A stretch of 64,000 bases of DNA, taken from sequence record OR352946.1; one strand, written 5' to 3'. Shown one piece after another: positions 18,490 through 26,920 of this stretch. This DNA comes from Escherichia phage AV116. The stretch's first letter is position 1. Each line of letters opens with the position of its first letter. Both the position numbers and the translations under genes were made by a program. Under the pieces are notes generated by a model. The model was given only the letters and a program-made list of their open reading frames with translations. It had not been told where the DNA came from and made no database searches.

Positions 18490-19098
18490 TCAGTAACTGA
18501 CAATAGACAGATTCCAGATTGTATAACGTCCATCTTGAATAATAGAATCTACACGCAGTGTAGTCCCTATAGGGAGCATAAATTCACATTCGTCAGATAT
18601 AAGTCTAGCATTAGACCGTCTTGTCGCTTCAGGGAAAGCTCCATTGAACTCACAAGATGGCGCAGCCAGAATCATGTTAAGCATATGTTCACGGAAGTTG
18701 AAAGCAAATGGTGCATCTTTGATGCAGAACATATTAAATGTTCCGTAAAAATTATACGAAGCAAAGTTACGTGCTACACCGAACACTGGGCTGAAGCTCA
18801 TTACTCTGTCAAATTTAATAATACTACCAATGCCTTTATCATCGAGTGTGGCCATAGTTTTCTTAGAGATTCCACGATACATTGTCTCAGGAACAGAAGA
18901 CGACCAATTTCTACGAACAATTGCACTTAAATCTTGTTGGATGCTATCGGGCTTGTTTTCCATACACTGCCACAGTACACTTTGTTCAATGTCGCTGAAT
19001 TGCTCATCGATTTTGTACTGAAGCATATCTTGATAATCTGGGCATTGAGCACGACGAACCATTTCTTCAATTTCACACTCGTTATACGGCATAAACAT
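18490..19098 (-). CDS. modA: ADP-ribosyltransferase ModA-like
   Basis: 202 aa; paralog of the next ORF; length and order match T4 srd-modA-modB. Confidence 0.55.
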   Translation of the reverse strand: MFMPYNECEIEEMVRRAQCPDYQDMLQYKIDEQFSDIEQSVLWQCMENKPDSIQQDLSAIVRRNWSSSVPETMYRGISKKTMATLDDKGIGSIIKFDRVMSFSPVFGVARNFASYNFYGTFNMFCIKDAPFAFNFREHMLNMILAAPSCEFNGAFPEATRRSNARLISDECEFMLPIGTTLRVDSIIQDGRYTIWNLSIVSY

Positions 19099-19125
19099 TT
19101 AGGTTTCTCCTGTGGTTGATAAAGG

Positions 19126-19154
19126 TATAGTATCATCATCGGAAGAGTTTGTAC
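19126..19154 (-). promoter_or_regulatory. early promoter
   Basis: Plus ggtatagtatcatcatcggaagagtttgtac. Confidence 0.4.
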
Positions 19155-19155
19155 A

Positions 19156-19737
19156 CTAAAAATTCAACATTTTTAAATGAATGATTTTGTATAATCGAGA
19201 TAAAGGGTCATATTCTAAGTCTTCAATTTCCACAATCTCAAATCTAGAGATACCTGAGACCATATACTCTTGTTCAGATTCAATCATATCTAGGACGTCA
19301 ACACGCGTTTCTTCCATAACATGCTTAGGGTTCTTTCCGGCAAGTACAATGTTAACCATGTTTTGGTAGTAATCAAAAATGAATGGAGCATTCCTGAGAC
19401 TAAGAATAGTGTACGTCTGATATTCCCATCTCCCGGAGAATTGACGAGCTGTACTGAAATCAGTTGTGAACGATGTTACTCGTCCAGGAGACCAATGACA
19501 TCCAACAGAAAGAAGGGAAAGACGTTCTACTTCTTCTGGAGTTACACCACGGTAGAGTTCTACTGGTACTGTAGAAGTCATATGCTTACGAACAAGATGG
19601 TCTAATTCATAGTGGAAATCCGGGTCTTCCTTAGAATCGGTGCAAGCCCAGAGAATGTTTTGTTCTTGGCGGGTGAATTTGCTATCAATCAGATTTGTTA
19701 GGTATTCACGTTCTTGAAGTTCAGATTGACATGTCAT
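19156..19737 (-). CDS. modB: ADP-ribosyltransferase ModB-like
   Basis: 193 aa; paralogous to modA-like ORF. Confidence 0.55.
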   Translation of the reverse strand: MTCQSELQEREYLTNLIDSKFTRQEQNILWACTDSKEDPDFHYELDHLVRKHMTSTVPVELYRGVTPEEVERLSLLSVGCHWSPGRVTSFTTDFSTARQFSGRWEYQTYTILSLRNAPFIFDYYQNMVNIVLAGKNPKHVMEETRVDVLDMIESEQEYMVSGISRFEIVEIEDLEYDPLSRLYKIIHLKMLNF

Positions 19738-19764
19738 GATAGACCTCCATTTAAAGATAAGCCT

Positions 19765-19793
19765 ATCATAACACGAGAGGAGGGAATGTAAAC
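19765..19793 (-). promoter_or_regulatory. early promoter (GTTTAC-N17-TATGAT)
   Basis: Plus atcataacacgagaggagggaatgtaaac. Confidence 0.35.
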
Positions 19794-19953
19794 TACTTTT
19801 TAAGCTTTCCTGCTAAAGGTCCATCAGGACCAGGTTGTTCTAACATGAATAACGATGCTTTAAAAAGCAATGTCAACCCTTTCACCATTCGATACCATGT
19901 CTCAAAGTCTTTTTCCTTGATTTCTAGTAAGAATTTCTCTTTCAATTTCTCTT

Positions 19954-20142
19954 TCATTTCCAAGGACTCCATGGTGGAGGGTCGTCATAATAAGAGGCAA
20001 GGTCTTTCAGGGCTTCAACAGGTAAACTAAAGCCGTGTCGTTGTATAATACTATCTAGTTCATCAACAAGTTCACTACGATGCACTTTAGGAGCCTCAAC
20101 TTCAGGCTCGTCAAACATACTCATAAGGTCCATATTATTCAC
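19954..20142 (-). CDS. hypothetical small acidic protein
   Basis: 62-aa ORF. Confidence 0.35.
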   Translation of the reverse strand: MNNMDLMSMFDEPEVEAPKVHRSELVDELDSIIQRHGFSLPVEALKDLASYYDDPPPWSPWK

Positions 20143-20599
20143 CTAAATAAAAACTAGGCTGCTCGGAGAATGTTTCTAGCGCTACACCTTTTGTCTTAAA
20201 AAATTTCCAAATAGCTCGTTGCAAATGGATTAAATCTGCTAATGATGTAATAAAGTATTTTTTGGCAAAATACTTATGGTCTCGCTTTTCAAACAAGTCT
20301 AAACGCTTTTCAGGATTCACATAAACTGCATTTTCCGTAGATTCATAACCTAAGTCCTTTATGCCTTCTTCAAGACTAAACGGAGAATTTTTAGAACGAG
20401 TAATAGCTCCAACTCGCTCTACACGAATTTTGTAACCTTTAGGAATCTGCAATTTGCAGAATTCTTCTATGATATATTGCGGATTATTTAGACTTTTGTT
20501 AATGAGAATAGCTATTTCTAGTGGAGTCTTATCTTCCACTGGTATATGTTTAAATGACTTGGCTTCAAGCAAATACATTTTAAATAACATAGCATCCAT
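20135..20599 (-). CDS. hypothetical protein (mrh region)
   Basis: 154-aa ORF. Confidence 0.5.
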   Translation of the reverse strand: MDAMLFKMYLLEAKSFKHIPVEDKTPLEIAILINKSLNNPQYIIEEFCKLQIPKGYKIRVERVGAITRSKNSPFSLEEGIKDLGYESTENAVYVNPEKRLDLFEKRDHKYFAKKYFITSLADLIHLQRAIWKFFKTKGVALETFSEQPSFYLGE

Positions 20600-20805
20600 T
20601 ATAATTTCCTCGATGGTTCACCCATATAAAGTTTTACAATATGTTCGCCTTCATCTTCGACGAGCTTTTCTTCATGTTTCTGGAATTCTTTAGCCATATT
20701 CTCTTCAAGAACATCCAGCCAATCTTCTGGACCGACACCATCGTCCCAGCTTTTAAACCATTTAACTATCTTGTTCATTCGCAGCTCCCTGAGCTTGAAC
20801 CACAA
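20599..20805 (-). CDS. hypothetical protein
   Basis: 68-aa ORF, 1-nt overlap with downstream ORF. Confidence 0.4.
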   Translation of the reverse strand: MWFKLRELRMNKIVKWFKSWDDGVGPEDWLDVLEENMAKEFQKHEEKLVEDEGEHIVKLYMGEPSRKL

Positions 20806-21011
20806 TCAGAATAACTTGACCCAGAATCACCAGGCCAAGACGATACGTATGAATGATTATAATCGGAAGAGCTTGAAGCAGACTTAGGACGAATAACTTC
20901 TTCCATCATGCCGTCACCAATGTATTCCCAACTTTTTTCGTGTGTATCAGGAATAGGCATCATACCTTCGCCTGGTTTAACAGCAAACAACTTCTTCAGC
21001 ATCGTAAGCAT
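20775..21011 (-). CDS. hypothetical protein with Ser/Gly-rich C-terminus (start uncertain)
   Basis: ORF-track ORF 20775..21086 overlaps the upstream gene; start probably at an internal Met. Confidence 0.3.
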   Translation of the reverse strand: MLTMLKKLFAVKPGEGMMPIPDTHEKSWEYIGDGMMEEVIRPKSASSSSDYNHSYVSSWPGDSGSSYSDCGSSSGSCE

Positions 21012-21204
21012 TAATTGTTCCTCGAACAAAACGAACACCACCGTCATCCCAACGGATTTCGACATTAAATTTGACGTCTTCACCATCCATCATGAATGAG
21101 TGTACGACTACATCATCGTAATATCCAAGACCGTATTTCAACGAAACTTCTTGAGCAATCAAAGCACCTAATGTGTTATTAGGTTTAATCCAACGATTTA
21201 ACAT
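20977..21204 (-). CDS. hypothetical protein
   Basis: 75 aa from ATG 21204 preceded by AGAGGAGAA RBS. Confidence 0.5.
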   Translation of the reverse strand: MLNRWIKPNNTLGALIAQEVSLKYGLGYYDDVVVHSFMMDGEDVKFNVEIRWDDGGVRFVRGTINAYDAEEVVCC

Positions 21205-21232
21205 ATTGTTCTCCTCTTGAGTAAGTAAGAAT

Positions 21233-21262
21233 ATCTTAACACAGTTTTTAGTGGTTGTAAAC
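21233..21262 (-). promoter_or_regulatory. early promoter (GTTTAC -35) just downstream of soc terminator
   Basis: Plus ...atcttaacacagtttttagtggttgtaaac. Confidence 0.35.
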
Positions 21263-21271
21263 TGTAGAAAC

Positions 21272-21297
21272 AAAAAAAGGAATCCCGAAGGATTCCT
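21272..21297 (-). terminator. rho-independent terminator after soc (UUCG hairpin then T7)
   Basis: Plus aaaaaaaggaatccCGAAggattcctt; minus hairpin then TTTTTTT. Confidence 0.6.
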
Positions 21298-21305
21298 TAA
21301 ATTAT

Positions 21306-21542
21306 TTAACCACTTACTGATGTAGGGGTAAACATTGCAGCGTTCTTAGTTTTCCAAGTTGCTGCATCAGAAACGACATCAGAATAAGCTGCCTTTTCTG
21401 ACGGAAAGATTTGGTAATGAGAATCTGCAATCCGATGTTCGTTTGAATAAATCTCAAACGGTACAGAAACTTCCATACCTTTGACTTCTTTGCCTTCACC
21501 AGCCGGACGTGTAAAGGTTTTGATATTAACGTAACCACCCAT
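21306..21542 (-). CDS. soc: small outer capsid protein Soc
   Basis: 78 aa; GYVNIKTF...SHYQIFPSEKAAYS... resembles T4 Soc; preceded by TATAAATA late promoter. Confidence 0.65.
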   Translation of the reverse strand: MGGYVNIKTFTRPAGEGKEVKGMEVSVPFEIYSNEHRIADSHYQIFPSEKAAYSDVVSDAATWKTKNAAMFTPTSVSG

Positions 21543-21573
21543 AATTAACTCCTTTGTTGTTTAATTACAGGTG

Positions 21574-21581
21574 TATTTATA
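21574..21581 (-). promoter_or_regulatory. T4-type late promoter TATAAATA upstream of soc
   Basis: Exact TATAAATA on minus strand about 30 nt upstream of soc ATG. Confidence 0.5.
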
Positions 21582-21587
21582 ACTTAA

Positions 21588-22109
21588 TCAGTAACCATTA
21601 TCCTGACGTTCAAAGTTGTGTTGGTTTTTCAAGTAGTAAAGTTTAAAGATTTCTTCAGCGGAAAGACCCAAACCTTGGAACATATTCAGAACAAAGTGGA
21701 GAATATCAATCATCTCGAATTTAATTTCAAGCTGGTCTTCAGGAGACAGTTCATCGATACGACGATTACGATATTCAGCATGTTGTGCTTTCCATGGCTT
21801 CCACACAGAGCTGGCAGCTTTTTCACCGTTGGACATACCACCGAGTGAAGTCAGCAGTTCACGGAATTCATCATCAATATAATCTTTCTGATTACGCAGC
21901 CAATCAACAACATCACCGGCAGTAGCCAATTCATCAGGATGTTTGTTATGTTCAGGCTTGTCATTTGCCAGACGAACCTGTAAAGATTTCTGCATATCAA
22001 GCATTACCTGCAGTGGGTCTTTATCTTCGTGAATCAGAGCATTAAAATAAGCTTCTTCTGCTTTATCAACACCAGAAATAAGTTGTGAACATTCGTTAAA
22101 GTGTGCCAT
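21588..22109 (-). CDS. 56: dCTPase / dCTP pyrophosphatase (gp56)
   Basis: About 173 aa from ATG 22109 (MAHFNECSQLISGVD...DPLQVMLDMQ...IDDEFRELLTSLG...EIFKLYYLKN); ORF-track start is a TTG extension. Confidence 0.75.
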   Translation of the reverse strand: MAHFNECSQLISGVDKAEEAYFNALIHEDKDPLQVMLDMQKSLQVRLANDKPEHNKHPDELATAGDVVDWLRNQKDYIDDEFRELLTSLGGMSNGEKAASSVWKPWKAQHAEYRNRRIDELSPEDQLEIKFEMIDILHFVLNMFQGLGLSAEEIFKLYYLKNQHNFERQDNGY

Positions 22110-22198
22110 TATTTTTCCTTTCAATTCAGTATAAGAGAGTTAATTCTAACATTAATTTTATAAAGCGTAATAAATAATAAGGTAACTAAGGAGATATT

Positions 22199-22396
22199 AT
22201 GTTTAAACTTCCATCGTTAATCAACGCTATTAAAGGCAATAAAAAGAAAACTGCTATCGCTGCAATAGTTGTAGGTGGCATTATTTCATGGAACTTCGGG
22301 ATTGCACCATTGTTAGTTGCCAATGGTATTATAGTTCCTTCTGTTCCATTGGATACTGTAGTTGATTTGGCCTTTGCTATTATAGGGCTTGTTTAA
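22199..22396 (+). CDS. small membrane protein (plus strand)
   Basis: 65 aa; strong RBS ctaaggagatattATG; hydrophobic; convergent with gene 61, stop codons overlap. Confidence 0.4.
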   Translation: MFKLPSLINAIKGNKKKTAIAAIVVGGIISWNFGIAPLLVANGIIVPSVPLDTVVDLAFAIIGLV

Positions 22397-23415
22397 ATCT
22401 TCGAATAACGAGATAATCTCATTTTAGCATGCAACCCACTTGAAATATTCTGTTTCATATATTCTAAAATTTCTTGTGGTGTTGCATTTTCTTTCATTAC
22501 CATATCATTCACATCCTTTGAACTCCATGGAGCTCGGTCCCAGAACATGACACGTTCGCCTGCATCAACTAATCGCTTCATGCGAGCTATAGTATCCGGA
22601 TGCCTAGGTTCATTATCCATTACCCATACCCGACGTTCTTTAAATGGTACCACATCTAAATCTATCGAGCCGCCTGTAATAGCGATTGCATTGGGTATGA
22701 ATAAACTATCAATAGGGCCTTCCATTACCCAGACGTCCCCTTCCTTAACACGTTCAACACCATAAATTTTTGTTGCAGACTCAAACGCTTTAATAGTGAT
22801 ATATTTCTGAGGAGCATCTTTACGAAGTGCACGTCCTTGGAATGACTCGGCCTTCCCATCTTTATTAAAAATAGGAATAACTAAACGTGGTTCGGGAATC
22901 TCTTTCTTATACGTACCAGGTTGAATCTTGTTGACCAATTTGGGCCATTCTAATGTGAACCATAATCTGTTCCATGATTCTTTAGGAATACACCGAGACT
23001 TAACATATTTCACAATAGGATGCTCTTCAGGCAACTTGTCTAGACGAGAACAAGACGGCAAAGAATTTATAGTCTTTTTCTCCGGTTCTGGTTTATGTTC
23101 AGGAACCTTTTCAATCTTTGGTTCCATTCTAGCTTTTTCTTTACGAACTTCCATTAGATATTCGCGATAAAGCTCTTCATCATACTCTTTTAAGTATCCG
23201 GAAATTGTATTATGGTATTGACAGTTATAGCAATGTACATTACCAGGAGTACCGCCATAATACCAACCGCGAGCTTTCATTGCATCTGTCTGAGAGTCGC
23301 CACAAACTGGACATCGAAATGTTAATTTAAATGTGCTTGAATTATTGATTTGTCTAAAACGAGGTAGGTGAGAAAACGCACGATAAGCAAATTCATTATC
23401 TATCCATTCAGCCAT
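22393..23415 (-). CDS. 61: DNA primase (gp61)
   Basis: 340 aa; zinc ribbon CPVCGD...CYNC plus Toprim region; T4 gp61-like. Confidence 0.85.
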   Translation of the reverse strand: MAEWIDNEFAYRAFSHLPRFRQINNSSTFKLTFRCPVCGDSQTDAMKARGWYYGGTPGNVHCYNCQYHNTISGYLKEYDEELYREYLMEVRKEKARMEPKIEKVPEHKPEPEKKTINSLPSCSRLDKLPEEHPIVKYVKSRCIPKESWNRLWFTLEWPKLVNKIQPGTYKKEIPEPRLVIPIFNKDGKAESFQGRALRKDAPQKYITIKAFESATKIYGVERVKEGDVWVMEGPIDSLFIPNAIAITGGSIDLDVVPFKERRVWVMDNEPRHPDTIARMKRLVDAGERVMFWDRAPWSSKDVNDMVMKENATPQEILEYMKQNISSGLHAKMRLSRYSKI

Positions 23416-23454
23416 AGTATTCTCCAGAGGCCTTAAATTAATAAGGCCATCTTA

Positions 23455-23949
23455 TCACAACTTATTAATATTTACTTTAATTCGCTTTCTTTTCTTGGAA
23501 GGAATTTGTTCTGGACCTTTATTTACGACTGCACCTGTAGTAGTTCCTGATGCAATAGCTTGAGGGCTGCCACCTGAATCACCAGCAACCATATCCTCAA
23601 ATAAAGGGAGTTCTTTAAATATTTCTTTCTGTTGTTCTTCAGTAATGTTATAGCGTGAAGCTACAGCACTCCAAGCAGACATCATTGAGGCCATTCCATT
23701 AAGACCCGGAACAGTGCTCATCATTCGCTTCATTGAACGAACTGAAGCATGAAAAGGTGTATAAGCCGCTTTCTCTTCAGGAGTAGAAGGACGTTTAAGA
23801 ACACTTCCACGTTCATCGATGATTTTGGCTTCGTATGCTTTCCATTCGGTAAAAGGTTTTTGCATTAGTCGAATAAACTTATATGCATAAACAGAATCTA
23901 TTGCAGTGTTAATAATACCCATAGGTACCTCCTGAGTATATTTAATCAA
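23455..23949 (-). CDS. hypothetical protein (61.1 position)
   Basis: 164-aa ORF. Confidence 0.5.
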   Translation of the reverse strand: MIKYTQEVPMGIINTAIDSVYAYKFIRLMQKPFTEWKAYEAKIIDERGSVLKRPSTPEEKAAYTPFHASVRSMKRMMSTVPGLNGMASMMSAWSAVASRYNITEEQQKEIFKELPLFEDMVAGDSGGSPQAIASGTTTGAVVNKGPEQIPSKKRKRIKVNINKL

Positions 23950-24139
23950 TTACAAAGATTGCTTTGTCACCATTTATATCTGTGACTTCATATGTAGTGC
24001 CTTCATACTGTGGAATATTCCAAATTACACCGTCATTAGCTTTTACGCTAATATGGCATTGGTGTTTTGAAACAACTTCATAATCTTCAAAACTTGTAAA
24101 AACACTAATTTTAGAACCAGTGCAAATTGCAGTAGTCAT
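23942..24139 (-). CDS. hypothetical protein (61.2 position)
   Basis: 65-aa ORF. Confidence 0.4.
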   Translation of the reverse strand: MTTAICTGSKISVFTSFEDYEVVSKHQCHISVKANDGVIWNIPQYEGTTYEVTDINGDKAIFVID

Positions 24140-24140
24140 T

Positions 24141-24800
24141 TTAACCTCGATTCATAAATGCATTAAATATTTGGTCATCAACAGAAATTTCTAATTCGAC
24201 TTCAATTGCTTCAGCCTTTTCTTCAGGTGGTAATTCGTATCCACACACTACAATTTTTTCATCGATATCAAAATATACAGAAGCAATACGATTAATGTTA
24301 TTTTCAGTTAAGTCTAAATCAACATCAACATCTTTTTGATCTACACTTAAAGGATAACTAATACGGGTTATTTTATTATCTTTAACAAAGAGTCCGCCAA
24401 CGTACTCTGTACTACGTTTGAAGTTTACACGTTTCCGAATTGAAAGATATGATACATCTTTACCGTGAGCTCGGCTCATAGGACATAATGAATAGCTAGA
24501 ATAAGAGATGTCAAATCCTACACCTTCAATATGAGCCAACGTGTCATGATTAAACCAATTATAATCATATGCCAAATCCATTATATTGTAATATGTGAAA
24601 GGCACAGGATTAACATCATATGTTGTACCTTTAAAATCTGCCCAGGCAACGATTTCGTTATCTTTAACAATTACAAAAATTACACCAATATGGTATCCGT
24701 TATTATTTTCATTCGGCGTTATATTATAACATTGTGCATTAGGAAATTTACCATATTTAAATGGCGCATTTTTGTGCATATAATAAATCATATTATTCAC
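24141..24800 (-). CDS. hypothetical Asn/Tyr-rich protein
   Basis: 219-aa ORF in markedly AT-rich DNA. Confidence 0.45.
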   Translation of the reverse strand: MNNMIYYMHKNAPFKYGKFPNAQCYNITPNENNNGYHIGVIFVIVKDNEIVAWADFKGTTYDVNPVPFTYYNIMDLAYDYNWFNHDTLAHIEGVGFDISYSSYSLCPMSRAHGKDVSYLSIRKRVNFKRSTEYVGGLFVKDNKITRISYPLSVDQKDVDVDLDLTENNINRIASVYFDIDEKIVVCGYELPPEEKAEAIEVELEISVDDQIFNAFMNRG

Positions 24801-25086
24801 CTGTGATTTCGGTTACGATATCTTTGTTATCGAAATTAGGGTCACAATACAAAACATAGTTGTACTGCATGATACCGCCAGACTTAAGTTGTTCAACAAC
24901 TTTATTAACCATATTAGGACGGTCTCGTTTAGTGATGTTCATGATATCAGAGAAGATTTGTTGTTCAACATCTTCTTGATTTGCAGTCATTGACCACTCA
25001 CAGAGGTCTTTATCATAACCTGCCGTAACTGGAGCCGGTGCACATGATACTGCAAGTAAGATTGCTGCCAATGATAACTTTTTCAT
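24793..25086 (-). CDS. sp: secreted/lipoprotein, Spackle-like (putative)
   Basis: 97 aa; signal peptide with LAVSC lipobox-like cleavage site; size and position as T4 sp (61.3). Confidence 0.45.
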   Translation of the reverse strand: MKKLSLAAILLAVSCAPAPVTAGYDKDLCEWSMTANQEDVEQQIFSDIMNITKRDRPNMVNKVVEQLKSGGIMQYNYVLYCDPNFDNKDIVTEITGE

Positions 25087-25116
25087 TTTAACTCCTTAGT
25101 TGATTTGATAGGACTA

Positions 25117-25145
25117 CTATACTATAGTCCATCTATAATGTAAAC
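25117..25145 (-). promoter_or_regulatory. early promoter
   Basis: Plus ttgataggactactatactatagtcc...gtaaac. Confidence 0.4.
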
Positions 25146-25149
25146 AAGT

Positions 25150-25398
25150 TTATTCTTTTTCGCGAATAATAATTACTTGTTGAGGCTGCTGAGCAGATTT
25201 CTTTTCGGCAACGATAGACCAAATTAAAGTTCCAATCCAACCAATCATCGTCCAGTTAAAGAGTAAAGATACAAAGAAGATTGCTGTTGTGCTTTTTGTG
25301 CCACGAATAAGTGCTATTACCCAAGGCAACATGTAAATGATGATTGAACCAATACCTGCGATTAAAACTGCTACTGAACTAGCTACGAATAATTCCAT
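25150..25398 (-). CDS. two-TM membrane protein, superinfection-immunity (Imm)-like
   Basis: 82 aa; LPWVIALIRGTKSTTAIFFVSLLFNWTMIGWIGTLIWS resembles Imm-family signature. Confidence 0.4.
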   Translation of the reverse strand: MELFVASSVAVLIAGIGSIIIYMLPWVIALIRGTKSTTAIFFVSLLFNWTMIGWIGTLIWSIVAEKKSAQQPQQVIIIREKE

Positions 25399-25425
25399 GT
25401 TAATTTCCTCTTGATTTGTTATGTT

Positions 25426-25456
25426 TATAGTATCTTGTTTTAACTTTGGTGTAAAC
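25426..25456 (-). promoter_or_regulatory. early promoter
   Basis: Plus gtttatagtatcttgttttaactttggtgtaaac. Confidence 0.35.
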
Positions 25457-25459
25457 CAA

Positions 25460-25828
25460 TTAATTAAATTTGTTTAAACGTTCAATACACTGGACGTAGT
25501 TATTCGCGATTTGTTTCTGGGTAGGCTCTTTACCAGTTGTTTCAACATAGCGAATGAATGCGATTTCAGTAGCCTGTAAACAATGCTCTTTAACACGTTG
25601 TTCTTTTGACATAGCTACAGTATCAGAATCACGATAACGTTGAGCATGAGCATCAGCTTGAATCATTCGATTACCTACAGTAACCGGGTCTTCCACTTCA
25701 ACTTTAGGTTGGTCGTACTGTTTAACATTCGGATTGTAAATCAGTTGGCCGACGTTATTAGGGATAAAGCCATGAGCACCACATCCGGTTAATCCAAATA
25801 CCATTGCTAAAGCGATTAATTTTTTCAT
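25460..25828 (-). CDS. putative lipoprotein
   Basis: 122 aa; MKKLIALAMVFGLTGC signal peptide with lipobox. Confidence 0.5.
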   Translation of the reverse strand: MKKLIALAMVFGLTGCGAHGFIPNNVGQLIYNPNVKQYDQPKVEVEDPVTVGNRMIQADAHAQRYRDSDTVAMSKEQRVKEHCLQATEIAFIRYVETTGKEPTQKQIANNYVQCIERLNKFN

Positions 25829-25899
25829 TTCAATTTCCTCTGTAGTTGATAGAAAGATAGTAACACAGTATGTGGGGCTTGTAAACAGTTATTTTAAAA

Positions 25900-26088
25900 T
25901 TATCGAAAATCTGCTTCGAAAACTTTCTCATCATTAACAAATGCTTTAACTAATGCGTTGTTCACTTCAGCAAGTTGTACCGCAACCCACTCGATTTCTT
26001 CACGATCACCTGATAACATGATATCTTTAGTGAACATCTCGCCGCTTTTAAACCAACCGATAAAAGTAACTTTAGTTAATTTGCTCAT
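25900..26088 (-). CDS. dmd: Dmd-like antitoxin (inhibitor of RnlA/LsoA-type toxins), putative
   Basis: 62 aa from ATG 26088 (ATGA coupling); ...VTFIGWFKSGEMFTKDIML...LAEVNNALVKAFVNDEKVFEADF resembles T4 Dmd as recalled. Confidence 0.4.
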   Translation of the reverse strand: MSKLTKVTFIGWFKSGEMFTKDIMLSGDREEIEWVAVQLAEVNNALVKAFVNDEKVFEADFR

Positions 26089-26402
26089 ATTTCCTCGCAA
26101 AATGCCCATTCAGCGTGATAAACTGTAGCACCTTTAGTGTCATTCATTTGAACTACATCTACCGGAGAAATTACTCGATAGAGACGTGGTTCACCTCCAT
26201 AAGAGCGTGCTGCTCGTCCTGCATAAATCTTTGCTAAACCGATATCTTCAGTAAAGAATACACGATCCAAGTTTTTCTTACGTCCAGTTTCAGACAGAAC
26301 TCCTGTTTCTTCAGGAGGACAAAGCATGTTTTCGATGTTAGCTGAACTACTTGAACCGTGATAAAAAATCTTAAATTCTGCTTTACAATCGATGGTTTTC
26401 AT
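26085..26402 (-). CDS. hypothetical protein
   Basis: 105-aa ORF. Confidence 0.45.
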   Translation of the reverse strand: MKTIDCKAEFKIFYHGSSSSANIENMLCPPEETGVLSETGRKKNLDRVFFTEDIGLAKIYAGRAARSYGGEPRLYRVISPVDVVQMNDTKGATVYHAEWAFCEEI

Positions 26403-26427
26403 TTTGTTCTCCAGTAGTTGATAGGTC

Positions 26428-26457
26428 TATAATAACACAACTACTGGAGAAGTAAAC
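26428..26457 (-). promoter_or_regulatory. early promoter (GTTTAC-N18-TATAAT)
   Basis: Plus ttgataggtctataataacacaactactggagaagtaaac. Confidence 0.45.
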
Positions 26458-26832
26458 TTAAAAACGTAATTTAGATATATCTGCGTTGATTTCGTTTTGG
26501 TTTGCGTCGTATGCAATTAAACGAACCGCTTTAGATGGGTCATTCAATGCATAGAAATGATGGAACATTGCTCGAACGATATCACCATTTACGAGTTCTA
26601 CCTGGATAGGAGAACCTTTTTCGAGTTGGAAATGTTCATAAGCTTTGATGGTTCGTAGATAATCAAGTTTTTGATTTCCGGCTCCAACTATTTGTACGAT
26701 ACGTTTGCCCATGTTTTCCATACGAGATACAATAGTTTTAGGAGCAAGAATAACGTAGGTTGCCAGCGGAGAAACTACTTCAACAGTTGTGTTTTCGGTG
26801 ATTGCAGTAAAAATTGCTTGAGACATATTCAT
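26458..26832 (-). CDS. hypothetical protein
   Basis: 124-aa ORF. Confidence 0.5.
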   Translation of the reverse strand: MNMSQAIFTAITENTTVEVVSPLATYVILAPKTIVSRMENMGKRIVQIVGAGNQKLDYLRTIKAYEHFQLEKGSPIQVELVNGDIVRAMFHHFYALNDPSKAVRLIAYDANQNEINADISKLRF

Positions 26833-26898
26833 AATGTTTTCCTCTTGGTTGGTGTAAGTACATCATATCATGCCTAGAGGAAGATGTAAACCCCGAAA

Positions 26899-26914
26899 GG
26901 AGACCGAAGTCTCC
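26899..26914. other. GC-rich UUCG-loop hairpin downstream of gene 41 (T-run on plus side)
   Basis: ggagacCGAAgtctcc followed by ttttt on plus strand. Confidence 0.4.
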
Positions 26915-26920
26915 TTTTTA

